Below are positions 40,417 to 47,883 of a stretch of 64,000 bases of DNA, piece after piece (within the stretch, counting starts at the first letter, position 1; each line of letters starts with the position of its first letter). A program made the position numbers and the translations under genes. The notes under the pieces are model-generated. The model was not told the DNA's origin and did not search any database. It worked only from the letters and a program-made list of their open reading frames with translations. Source of the DNA: a virus. Taxonomy: Duplodnaviria; Caudoviricetes. Location: IMG/VR virus record IMGVR_UViG_3300020508_000005, positions 30,130 to 94,129 of that record. The stretch is one strand, 5' to 3'.

Positions 40417-40485
40417 CCGGTACGGACTAAACACAAAAGGGCAAAAAAGCCCAGTGGTCCTACCGGGACCACTGGGCTTTTTTGC
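40367..40485 (+). promoter_or_regulatory. Transcription attenuator (protector, antiterminator, terminator)
   Basis: 1:2 = 40367-40386 with 40414-40433; 2:3 = 40417-40429 with 40455-40466; 3:4 = 40441-40460 with 40466-40485. Confidence 0.8.
40441..40485 (+). terminator. Intrinsic terminator in front of the first tRNA
   Basis: Perfect 20-bp inverted repeat GCAAAAAAGCCCAGTGGTCC / GGACCACTGGGCTTTTTTGC with U6 tract. Confidence 0.9.
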
Positions 40486-40503
40486 TTGATAGAACTAAAA
40501 GTT

Positions 40504-40586
40504 AGAGCGATGGCTGAGAGGCTTAAAGCGTCGGTCTTGAAAACCGAAGTGGGCAACCACCGGGGGTTCGAATCCCTCTCGCTCTG
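40504..40586 (+). tRNA. tRNA-Ser(TGA)
   Basis: AGAGCGA/TCGCTCT, TCGGT-CTTGAAA-ACCGA, long variable arm, G73. Confidence 0.92.
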
Positions 40587-40620
40587 TTTGGATTTTTGAA
40601 AATTTGGTGTGATTGGATAC

Positions 40621-40701
40621 AGAGGGTATCCGAATGGTTAGGAAACTGCTTGGAAAGCAGTCGAGCTTATTGCTTTGCGGGTTCGAGTCCCGTGCCCTCT
40701 G
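40621..40701 (+). tRNA. tRNA-Ser(GGA)
   Basis: AGAGGGT/GCCCTCT, ACTGC-TTGGAAA-GCAGT, long variable arm, G73. Confidence 0.9.
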
Positions 40702-40702
40702 C

Positions 40703-40825
40703 TCAACTTAATTAGGTGTTGCGGCTGCACTCCCCTCAGTGAGAGGGACCGTCGTGGTTCAAATCCACGCTAGAATTGGATTGAGGTTAAATGAAGGCTA
40801 GGTTCGAATCCTAGAATTAAGTTGA
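40703..40825 (+). ncRNA. tRNA-like RNA with two T-arms
   Basis: 11-bp terminal stem; CGTGG-TTCAAAT-CCACG and CTAGG-TTCGAAT-CCTAG. Confidence 0.55.
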
Positions 40826-40828
40826 TTT

Positions 40829-40918
40829 GGAAGTGATGGAAAGTGGCTATTCCAGCATCTTTGCTAAAGATGTGGCCCCTTAAATGGTGGTCTGCAAGTT
40901 CGACACTTGTCGCTTCCG
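40829..40918 (+). tRNA. tRNA-Ser(GCT)
   Basis: GGAAGTG/CGCTTCC, CATCT-TTGCTAA-AGATG, long variable arm, G73. Confidence 0.88.
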
Positions 40919-40920
40919 CT

Positions 40921-41037
40921 TGATTGATCGATAGGTTTCAAGAAAGATATTTCTTGAAATTGGGGTGGCATAGATAGTCAATTGTGGCTATTGAGGGCTT
41001 CAATTCCCCGAGAGTGATTAGACTCTACTTTCAATCA
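40921..41037 (+). ncRNA. Unassigned multi-hairpin structured RNA
   Basis: TGATTGA/TCAATCA closing stem, internal hairpins, T-loop-like TTCAATT. Confidence 0.4.
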
Positions 41038-41041
41038 TTAT

Positions 41042-41123
41042 GTCCGTGTGGTGTAACAGGTAGCCACGTCAGACTTAGGATCTGATGCCGCAAGGCGTGG
41101 GGGTTCGAATCCCTCCACGGACA
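41042..41123 (+). tRNA. tRNA-Leu(TAG)
   Basis: GTCCGTG/CACGGAC, TCAGA-CTTAGGA-TCTGA, variable arm, A73. Confidence 0.93.
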
Positions 41124-41124
41124 C

Positions 41125-41205
41125 TTGAGAGAATGTTGACAAGGATTACATCTCCAGAAAAGATGTGACTAAGGTCACTTATCTTTGTCGTGTTTTGTCT
41201 CTCAA
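41125..41205 (+). ncRNA. Unassigned three-way-junction RNA
   Basis: TTGAGAGA/TCTCTCAA and GACAAGGAT/ATCTTTGTC stems capped by two hairpins. Confidence 0.35.
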
Positions 41206-41209
41206 AAAT

Positions 41210-41291
41210 GTCCATATGGTGTAATTGGCAAACACGCCAGTTTGAGGTACTGGTGCCGCAAGGCGTGCAGGTTCGAGTCCTGCTATGGACA
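41210..41291 (+). tRNA. tRNA-Leu(GAG)
   Basis: GTCCATA/TATGGAC, CCAGT-TTGAGGT-ACTGG, A73. Confidence 0.92.
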
Positions 41292-41367
41292 CTTTTTTAG
41301 AAAGGAGAATGCTATGAACATAGCAGTTTTGGGTTTTCTTTAAGGCATTTACCTTAAGGAGAATATC

Positions 41368-41571
41368 ATGTATCATAGGAAACCAAGAACCACACAAGAG
41401 AGACGTGCAAATGGACCTCGATGTCAGTGGGTTTGGCATGATGAGTATCGAGTGAAATATCGTGCTAGAAGAAGCATGTGCATGTTAGTCGAAGCTTGGG
41501 ATGATCTTCCAAGAAGCGATTACAACTTTAGAAGTTGGAAACGTCATCGACGGACTCAGTACAAATCATAA
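41368..41571 (+). CDS. Small basic phage protein within tRNA array
   Basis: AAGGAG RBS; R.PRTT.ERR...AWDD...SWK..R..QYK. Confidence 0.7.
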   Translation: MYHRKPRTTQERRANGPRCQWVWHDEYRVKYRARRSMCMLVEAWDDLPRSDYNFRSWKRHRRTQYKS

Positions 41572-41577
41572 AAATTT

Positions 41578-41662
41578 GCGGTTGTGGCGAAATGGCAGAC
41601 GCAACGGACTTAAAATCCGTTGGGAATTAAATCCCGTGTGGGTTCGACTCCCACCAGCCGTA
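41578..41662 (+). tRNA. tRNA-Leu(TAA)
   Basis: GCGGTTG/CAGCCGT, ACGGA-CTTAAAA-TCCGT, A73. Confidence 0.93.
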
Positions 41663-41701
41663 TTTGAAGGATGATAAAATCAAGAGATTGTTTTAATTTG
41701 T

Positions 41702-41774
41702 GGCTGGTAAGCTAATCTGGTGAAAGCGTCTGCCTGAAGAGCAGAAGAGGTCGGATCGTAACCGACACCAGCCA
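41702..41774 (+). tRNA. tRNA-Phe(GAA), atypical T-loop
   Basis: GGCTGGT/ACCAGCC, TCTGC-CTGAAGA-GCAGA, T arm GTCGG-ATCGTAA-CCGAC. Confidence 0.8.
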
Positions 41775-41794
41775 CTTGCAAGAATGCAGAATAG

Positions 41795-41867
41795 GTTTAC
41801 ATCGCTAAATGGAAAAAGCACTGGTTCAAAAAACCGGTTATTGCGGGTTCGAGTCCCGCTGTAATTT
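41795..41867 (+). tRNA. Degenerate tRNA-like element (loop TCAAAAA; AAA or CAA reading ambiguous)
   Basis: Good D, anticodon and T arms; weak acceptor stem; nested in a longer outer stem. Confidence 0.45.
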
Positions 41868-41913
41868 GATCTTAATTGATCAAAAGACTTATTCATTTTT
41901 GTCTTGCAAATTT

Positions 41914-41999
41914 GTGAGAGTATCCAAATTGGTGAAGGAGACGGACTGTAAATCCGTTGCCACAGGCTGAACATGGGGGTTCGAATCCCTCCTCTCACA
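41914..41999 (+). tRNA. tRNA-Tyr(GTA)
   Basis: GTGAGAG/CTCTCAC, ACGGA-CTGTAAA-TCCGT, long variable region, A73. Confidence 0.9.
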
Positions 42000-42004
42000 C
42001 TCTT

Positions 42005-42086
42005 GTCCGTGTGGTGAAATTGGCAGACACGCTAGACTCAAAATCTAGTGCCTTAAGGCATGTGGGTTCGAATCCCTCCATGGACA
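42005..42086 (+). tRNA. tRNA-Leu(CAA)
   Basis: GTCCGTG/CATGGAC, CTAGA-CTCAAAA-TCTAG, A73. Confidence 0.92.
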
Positions 42087-42088
42087 CT

Positions 42089-42655
42089 TTATGAAATTCT
42101 TTTGGCTATTTGATCTTTAAATGATCCATCTTTAGCTTTCAGTTCTGTGCCTGTTTTTAGATTCTTTACACTACGAATGCGAATAAGATTACTGTTCAGA
42201 GCACATAAAGCGTTATTCATTAGTTTGCCTGCTGCCCCTCCCACAAAACGAATACCCCCAAATCCTTCTTGCAACAATAATTGTTTTAATTCTTTGGCTT
42301 TCATAAGGCTTTGAGGGTCAGATTTTGGGAGTGTGTTTCTTAAATTGAAAAAATTAATTCGTGCAGTTTTACCCAGTCTTAAGTTTACCTTATACATGTA
42401 GCTTCCCAAAAGATTTAGATTTGAGTAGTGGTATAAAATATCAGGACTTTCAACAAACTGATAACCGAACAAACTGTCAATACTATACAAGTTTGAAGAC
42501 GTTTTAAGCGTGTTATTACCCAAATAGGCATCATCAAATGCGTCAAAAATGTGTTTGCTTACATGGTATCCAATTGTGTCTACGTTTTCCACTGATTCAA
42601 TTAAAGAATAAATATCCTGTATGGATGACTCATAGTAACTTTTAAAATTCAACAT
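42089..42655 (-). CDS. Hypothetical protein, possible ADP-ribosyltransferase-like fold
   Basis: MLNFKSYYES N-terminus; GYH.S...FDAFD, FGYQF, L...GFGGI resemble ART-like phage domains. Confidence 0.45.
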   Translation of the reverse strand: MLNFKSYYESSIQDIYSLIESVENVDTIGYHVSKHIFDAFDDAYLGNNTLKTSSNLYSIDSLFGYQFVESPDILYHYSNLNLLGSYMYKVNLRLGKTARINFFNLRNTLPKSDPQSLMKAKELKQLLLQEGFGGIRFVGGAAGKLMNNALCALNSNLIRIRSVKNLKTGTELKAKDGSFKDQIAKRIS

Positions 42656-42794
42656 TTGATGCCCTGTATTAGATTCATTGATTGATAGTTTTTCTCCACT
42701 TACGATATATCTATGAAATTTCAATCTATTTACTTTTTGCAACTACTTCTATATTATTAAGACAAGCTCTTAGTTTTTGAACCAATGGTGGCAA

Positions 42795-43088
42795 ATGAAA
42801 GTTTTATCCAACACACTAGAATTGACATGGAATCAATGGGATGATCCCGGAGATTATCCCAACTCTCTTGCCGCTTCACCTCAACCTAGTTATTTCTATC
42901 CTGTGTTGAAGGGCGAAATTGTTCTTAAAGCTGAGACTTTTGAGGATTCAGAAAAGTTTCAATTAGAAACAAGTGATTGGATTTGTGAATTTGTAGATTT
43001 TGAATGTAAAAAATATACAATCAAATGGGAACTGAAAACTTCTTTAGACACTTGTGTAATTTGTGCAAAAGAATGTGAAATGTCTTAA
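42795..43088 (+). CDS. Hypothetical protein
   Basis: Intact ORF, WDDPGDYP. Confidence 0.55.
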   Translation: MKVLSNTLELTWNQWDDPGDYPNSLAASPQPSYFYPVLKGEIVLKAETFEDSEKFQLETSDWICEFVDFECKKYTIKWELKTSLDTCVICAKECEMS

Positions 43089-43126
43089 AAAATATTCTGC
43101 ACTAAATCAAAATAGTTGAGGTACTT

Positions 43127-43747
43127 ATGAAAATAGTTTGTGTGAGTGATCTACATGGATTTTTGCCACAAATTCCTGATTGTGATTTACTGCTATTGGG
43201 TGGGGATTACTGTCCTGTTGTAAAAGGTCAAAATTTTTGGTTTGCACAGGTGTTTGCCCCTTGGATAGAAATGCAAAGTAAAACTAAGAAAATTATTGGC
43301 GTTGCTGGTAATCATGACTTGCTATTTGAGAAAAAACCTGAGCTTGTTCCGCAAATGGAATGGACTTACCTTCAAGACAGTGGTTACGAATGGAATGGAT
43401 TGAAGTTTTGGGGAAGCCCTTGGCAACCTAGATTTTTCGATTGGGCTTTTAACGCAGACGAAGATGAGCTTCAGCAAAAATGGTCATTAATTCCAGATGA
43501 TACTGATGTGCTTTTGCTGCATGGACCGCCGCATGGATTTGGTGATTTTAGCACTCACGGCTTTGAACACACAGGGTCTCCATCACTCTTAAAGCGAATT
43601 GAAGAGATTCAGCCAAAGTTAGTGATTGCTGGCCATATTCATACTGGATATGGAGTTTACGAAATCGGCAAAACTAAATTTTTATCTTGTGCATATGTTA
43701 ACGACATGTACAAGCCCGTGAATTTACCGCACGTTGTTGAGATTTAA
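43127..43747 (+). CDS. Calcineurin-like metallophosphoesterase
   Basis: SDLHG, GGD, GNHD, HGPP, GHIH. Confidence 0.92.
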   Translation: MKIVCVSDLHGFLPQIPDCDLLLLGGDYCPVVKGQNFWFAQVFAPWIEMQSKTKKIIGVAGNHDLLFEKKPELVPQMEWTYLQDSGYEWNGLKFWGSPWQPRFFDWAFNADEDELQQKWSLIPDDTDVLLLHGPPHGFGDFSTHGFEHTGSPSLLKRIEEIQPKLVIAGHIHTGYGVYEIGKTKFLSCAYVNDMYKPVNLPHVVEI

Positions 43748-43808
43748 AGAGTGTATTTCTTAGTAAGTGCGGTGTGTAATAAAAAAATCTTTGAATCATA
43801 CATATTGC

Positions 43809-44372
43809 ATGCGATTCAAAGATTTTTTGCTATCTGAAAGTGGTGATGGCTCGGCCCACAATGATACCGGCAGTGACTGGTTTTACGGAAATTCTTTGTA
43901 CCCTTCTGATGCTTTAGATTGGCCTTACGACGTTGCAAAACCAAATCATTTTGCTTTTTTGCAAGCAAGATGGAAAAAAGAAAGAGATGAATGGGGTCGT
44001 AAATTTCACAATATTGATGTTCAAGACACGATTGATAAAAAGTTCACATCTGTTTATTCCAACACCATGCCTAGCACAGACGGTGGATTTTGGCGTCACA
44101 AAAATGACGATAAGCCAAATACAATCGTAGATTCTAATGCAAAAATGGAATTGTTAGGTCACAGCAAACAAGCAAAGATCCCACAAGTCTTATGGAAAAC
44201 CAATTCCTTCTTGGACAAAACCGATGAATTAAATCGTCTTTTTGGTAAATTTGAACCATCATATAGTGAGCTTGCATCTAATTTTGATAAACCTTGGAGT
44301 CCGTACTCAGGAGAAGTTAAGATGCGTAAACCTAAGAAAAATAAATATCACAAACATCTAAACAATTTCTAA
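43809..44372 (+). CDS. Hypothetical protein, possibly virion-internal
   Basis: MRFKDFLLSES start 4 nt after TACATA. Confidence 0.6.
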   Translation: MRFKDFLLSESGDGSAHNDTGSDWFYGNSLYPSDALDWPYDVAKPNHFAFLQARWKKERDEWGRKFHNIDVQDTIDKKFTSVYSNTMPSTDGGFWRHKNDDKPNTIVDSNAKMELLGHSKQAKIPQVLWKTNSFLDKTDELNRLFGKFEPSYSELASNFDKPWSPYSGEVKMRKPKKNKYHKHLNNF

Positions 44373-44433
44373 AACTCTTGTTTTATTTGCTATTTTATAT
44401 TAGAGTTCTTATATCTTAAAGAAAAGGAATTCT

Positions 44434-44955
44434 ATGGCACAAGCAAAATATTTCGATGCACCAGAAGTTGCTGATATGGCTCAAAAATTAATTGCCAAAT
44501 ATCACCAGCATTTGATCGACTACTCTGTAAGAATACGATATGTTTTTGTAGACAAGACGCCTAATAGTCAAGGCAAAGAAGTTTGGGGAACTTGTAGAAA
44601 AATATCTGGACTTAATGCTTATCTTGAAGGAGAAAATGTTGATGGTGAACCATTTTTTGTAATCACCATAAGTAAAGATATTTGGGATGTTTTACCTCCA
44701 GACAAACGATTGGCACTTGTAGACCACGAGCTTTGTCACGCTTGGGCTGAAGCAAAGCAACAAAAAAATGAGTCAGATGATGATTCTGATATGGAAACAG
44801 ATAATCCTGTTAAGTTAAATATCAAGCCACACGACCTCGAAGAATTTTCTTGTATTGTTCGTCGCCATGGCCTATGGCGAGAAGATATCGAAGCTTTTGT
44901 CGATGAGGCACTTAAATGCAAAAACCAAACCCAGAATCCAACTAACAACCAATAG
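44434..44955 (+). CDS. Putative phage metallopeptidase
   Basis: ALVDHELCH (HExxH), PHDLEEF..IVRRHGLW. Confidence 0.8.
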   Translation: MAQAKYFDAPEVADMAQKLIAKYHQHLIDYSVRIRYVFVDKTPNSQGKEVWGTCRKISGLNAYLEGENVDGEPFFVITISKDIWDVLPPDKRLALVDHELCHAWAEAKQQKNESDDDSDMETDNPVKLNIKPHDLEEFSCIVRRHGLWREDIEAFVDEALKCKNQTQNPTNNQ

Positions 44956-44966
44956 GAGAAGCAATT

Positions 44967-45227
44967 ATGTCTGATATTATTATGCCTACAGAGGACCCGC
45001 AAACAAGCGAGAATCAAATTGAACTTACTTATCAAGCTACTGAAGATGACGAAGAAAAATTCTTCCTCATGTATCACATGGGTATGCAGCCTAGTGAAGT
45101 TGATAGTCTGACAGAAGAGAGACGAAAATGGATTTTGGCTCGTTTTATACATCAAAAAAATATGGAACGAGAAACTATTGAAAGGCAGCGTATCATGCAA
45201 AAAATTCAACCAAGCCTTAAGCTTTAA
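44967..45227 (+). CDS. Stand-alone paralog of gp51-like chaperone domain
   Basis: EEKFFLMYHMGM...LTEERRKWILARFIHQK aligns with 26523-26684. Confidence 0.65.
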   Translation: MSDIIMPTEDPQTSENQIELTYQATEDDEEKFFLMYHMGMQPSEVDSLTEERRKWILARFIHQKNMERETIERQRIMQKIQPSLKL

Positions 45228-45290
45228 AAACTCGTCATTTTCCTTCATAATTATAAAGCTGAAAATTTAAAACCTTTATGAGAGGACAAA

Positions 45291-45617
45291 ATGATCAAAG
45301 GAAAAATCATTCAGCTTCTAAGTCGTTGCTCTTGTTTTCTAAAATCCAAGAAGCAACCTCAAAACATATATCACAATCGAGGAGTAAGAAAAAAAGTGGA
45401 CAACGAAGCTATAAGAGCAAGAATAAAAGCCCAAGGTTGGAATCTATTAGAAATTCCTATTCAACAAAAAGATGCCAAAACGAATAATCGAATTGTTGCG
45501 AAATGGAAAGTAATTGCTTCTAAGGGTGATAAGTCTCTTGAAGTTGGCGGAAGCACAATTGATGAGGCATTAAAGAACATAGGAATAACATTAGGCGTAA
45601 TAAGCAGAGGATCTTAA
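45291..45617 (+). CDS. Hypothetical protein
   Basis: GAGGA RBS, intact ORF. Confidence 0.5.
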   Translation: MIKGKIIQLLSRCSCFLKSKKQPQNIYHNRGVRKKVDNEAIRARIKAQGWNLLEIPIQQKDAKTNNRIVAKWKVIASKGDKSLEVGGSTIDEALKNIGITLGVISRGS

Positions 45618-45663
45618 ATGTGAGCTTTTTTAAGCACTCATTATTTATTTTTTAAGGTAAAAT

Positions 45664-46416
45664 ATGGACATAATCATCAAAACGGAAGATCAAATTCATG
45701 GCATAAGAAAGGCTTGCGAGCTTGCTGCTGATGCCTTGGAGCATGGAGAAAGCTTTATCAAGCCGGGAATTAGCACCGCAACAATAAATGCTGAGATTGA
45801 GGGCTATATTCGTAAGTTTGGAGGGAAACCTGCACCTTTGGGCTATCATGGCTATCCTAAAGCAGTTTGTACTAGCATCAACGAAGTTGTTTGCCATGGA
45901 ATACCTAAAGAAGAAGATGTCTTAAAAGAAGGTGATATTATCAAAATAGATGTATCGACAATTCTAAATGAATATTTTGGTGATACATGTAAAACCTTTG
46001 CAGTTGGCACAATATCTGAAGATGCAAATCGATTGTTGTCTGTAGCTAAAGATTGCCTTGACATCGGCATATCCCAAGTAAAGCCTAATGCTCAATTTGG
46101 AATGATTGGAAAATCTATTTCATCTTATGCTAAAAGTCGTGGATATGGTGTTGTTTATCAGTTTGTTGGTCATGGTGTAGGGCTGAAGCTGCATGAAGGA
46201 CCTCAAATAAGTTTTGATGACCTATTGTTTGATAGCACAAGAATGATGCCGGGAATGATTTTTACTATTGAGCCAATGATCAATCAAGGTGTAGCAGAAG
46301 CGGTAATTGATTCAAACGATAAGTGGACAGCAAGAACTGCTGATGGAAAACTTTCTGCTCAATTTGAGCATACAGTTTTAGTAACAGAGTTTGGAGTTGA
46401 GGTGCTTACCAAATAA
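45664..46416 (+). CDS. map: Methionine aminopeptidase type I
   Basis: CTSINEVVCHGIP, IDV, GDT, GHGVG..LHE, FTIEPMIN, SAQFEHT. Confidence 0.96.
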   Translation: MDIIIKTEDQIHGIRKACELAADALEHGESFIKPGISTATINAEIEGYIRKFGGKPAPLGYHGYPKAVCTSINEVVCHGIPKEEDVLKEGDIIKIDVSTILNEYFGDTCKTFAVGTISEDANRLLSVAKDCLDIGISQVKPNAQFGMIGKSISSYAKSRGYGVVYQFVGHGVGLKLHEGPQISFDDLLFDSTRMMPGMIFTIEPMINQGVAEAVIDSNDKWTARTADGKLSAQFEHTVLVTEFGVEVLTK

Positions 46417-46440
46417 ATTAGAGAATTAATTTTGAACAAA

Positions 46441-46908
46441 TCAAAAACCTAATTTCTGCCAATTAATTTTGTGCCCTGAGAATTTACGTTGTTTTATGAA
46501 AACGCCGTTTTCCCACCATTCTTGGCTTCCATCCGACCATATCTTTGCTGGGCCATCTTCGCGATGTGCTTTTCCATTCTGAAACCATTCTTGGCTTCCA
46601 TCTGCCCATATAAGTGCGGGGCCATTTATGCGATGCCTTCTATCGTTTTGATACCAAACTTGCATGCCATCTGGGTGTATGATTGCTGGTCCATCAGTAC
46701 GATCTAGTCTGCCTTTTTGATACCATTTTTGAACACCTGAAGAATCAATGACTGCTGGACCATCATTTCGATGTAGCGAGCCATTTTGACGCCATTCTTG
46801 AGTGGTACTAAAAAATATGACTGCCGGGCCATCATTTCGATGTAGCAAACCGTTTTGATACCATTCTTGGCTTCCATCGGAATTAATGAAAAGTCCATTT
46901 TTGCTCAT
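46441..46908 (-). CDS. HRxDGPA repeat protein
   Basis: Five or more W.QNG..HR.DGPA.I..DG repeats; ends NWQKLGF. Confidence 0.8.
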   Translation of the reverse strand: MSKNGLFINSDGSQEWYQNGLLHRNDGPAVIFFSTTQEWRQNGSLHRNDGPAVIDSSGVQKWYQKGRLDRTDGPAIIHPDGMQVWYQNDRRHRINGPALIWADGSQEWFQNGKAHREDGPAKIWSDGSQEWWENGVFIKQRKFSGHKINWQKLGF

Positions 46909-47114
46909 AATCAAAAACCTAATTTCTGCCAATTAGTGCATCAACGCATTCATCGACAATAAATATTTCTTTATATTCTTGGTGGTCTTTTATTTGCTGA
47001 TACACATTTTTGGCTTCGCCATTTAAACTAGAAAATATTCCATTTTGATCCCACCTTATTTTGAAGTATATTTTCAACAACTTTTATGTAAAAATTTTTC
47101 GAAATATTTATAAT

Positions 47115-47516
47115 TCACTCTTCCGATGACTCAACCCATACCAACTCTATTCCTCCACATGGTTTAATGGGAAATTCGCCACGATTGTCACACCCATAAT
47201 CCGCAATCTCATAAAATTCGCAAGTGTCTGTAAATTTTAAAATTTTTTTAATTTTGTTTTTGGCGATGAATTCATTGACCTCTTTCAAGAGATCGTCTGG
47301 ATTACTATATTTATACATCTTTTTAATCTGTGAACCACTACTTCCTAATAAGAATCGTAATATGGAAGTGATTGGATTTTTCTTTTCTGTGGCGATCTGA
47401 GCCTTGATATCACGGAGCCAGCGAATATTCTCTGAAGCCACTTCCTTTTGCTCGATAATAGGAATCTCTATTTGTTCACTAAAAGACCAATAAGCACGAT
47501 TTATTTTATTAGCCAT
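47115..47516 (-). CDS. Hypothetical protein
   Basis: AAGGA RBS, intact ORF. Confidence 0.55.
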   Translation of the reverse strand: MANKINRAYWSFSEQIEIPIIEQKEVASENIRWLRDIKAQIATEKKNPITSILRFLLGSSGSQIKKMYKYSNPDDLLKEVNEFIAKNKIKKILKFTDTCEFYEIADYGCDNRGEFPIKPCGGIELVWVESSEE

Positions 47517-47541
47517 TTTCAATTCCTTATCACAGTAAAAA

Positions 47542-47742
47542 CTACTTCTTGATTGCAAATAGTTTGATCTCACGACTTTTATTTAGCAAGCCATTTTGAT
47601 ACCATTCTTGTTTTCCATCTAGCCATGTGACTGCGGGGCCATCTATGCAGTGCAGTTGTTTCTTTTTAAAACATTTTTGTTTTCTATTTACATAACTATA
47701 ACCTGAAAAATCAGTGTTGTTACGTTCATTCACATGTGTCAT
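47542..47742 (-). CDS. Short HRxDGPA-repeat remnant
   Basis: LHCIDGPAVTWLDGKQEWYQNG single repeat. Confidence 0.4.
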   Translation of the reverse strand: MTHVNERNNTDFSGYSYVNRKQKCFKKKQLHCIDGPAVTWLDGKQEWYQNGLLNKSREIKLFAIKK

Positions 47743-47883
47743 TTATGATATCTTCAAAGAAAAAGTTGATTTAATCACAAACTAAGCTGTTTAATTTATA
47801 CGATAATTTAACATGGACTTTCAAGTTAAAAATAAATTAAAAATTAAAATGACCATATATAATTTGTACTAATAGGAGAAATT

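Noticed and set aside
40321-40500. T-box riboswitch as the tRNA operon regulator
   Set aside because: No TGGNACC T-box bulge in an antiterminator and no stem I motifs; a translated leader explains the structure better.
40314-41998. Minus-strand ORFs 40314-40556, 41179-41439, 41693-41998
   Set aside because: Antisense shadows of tRNA genes.
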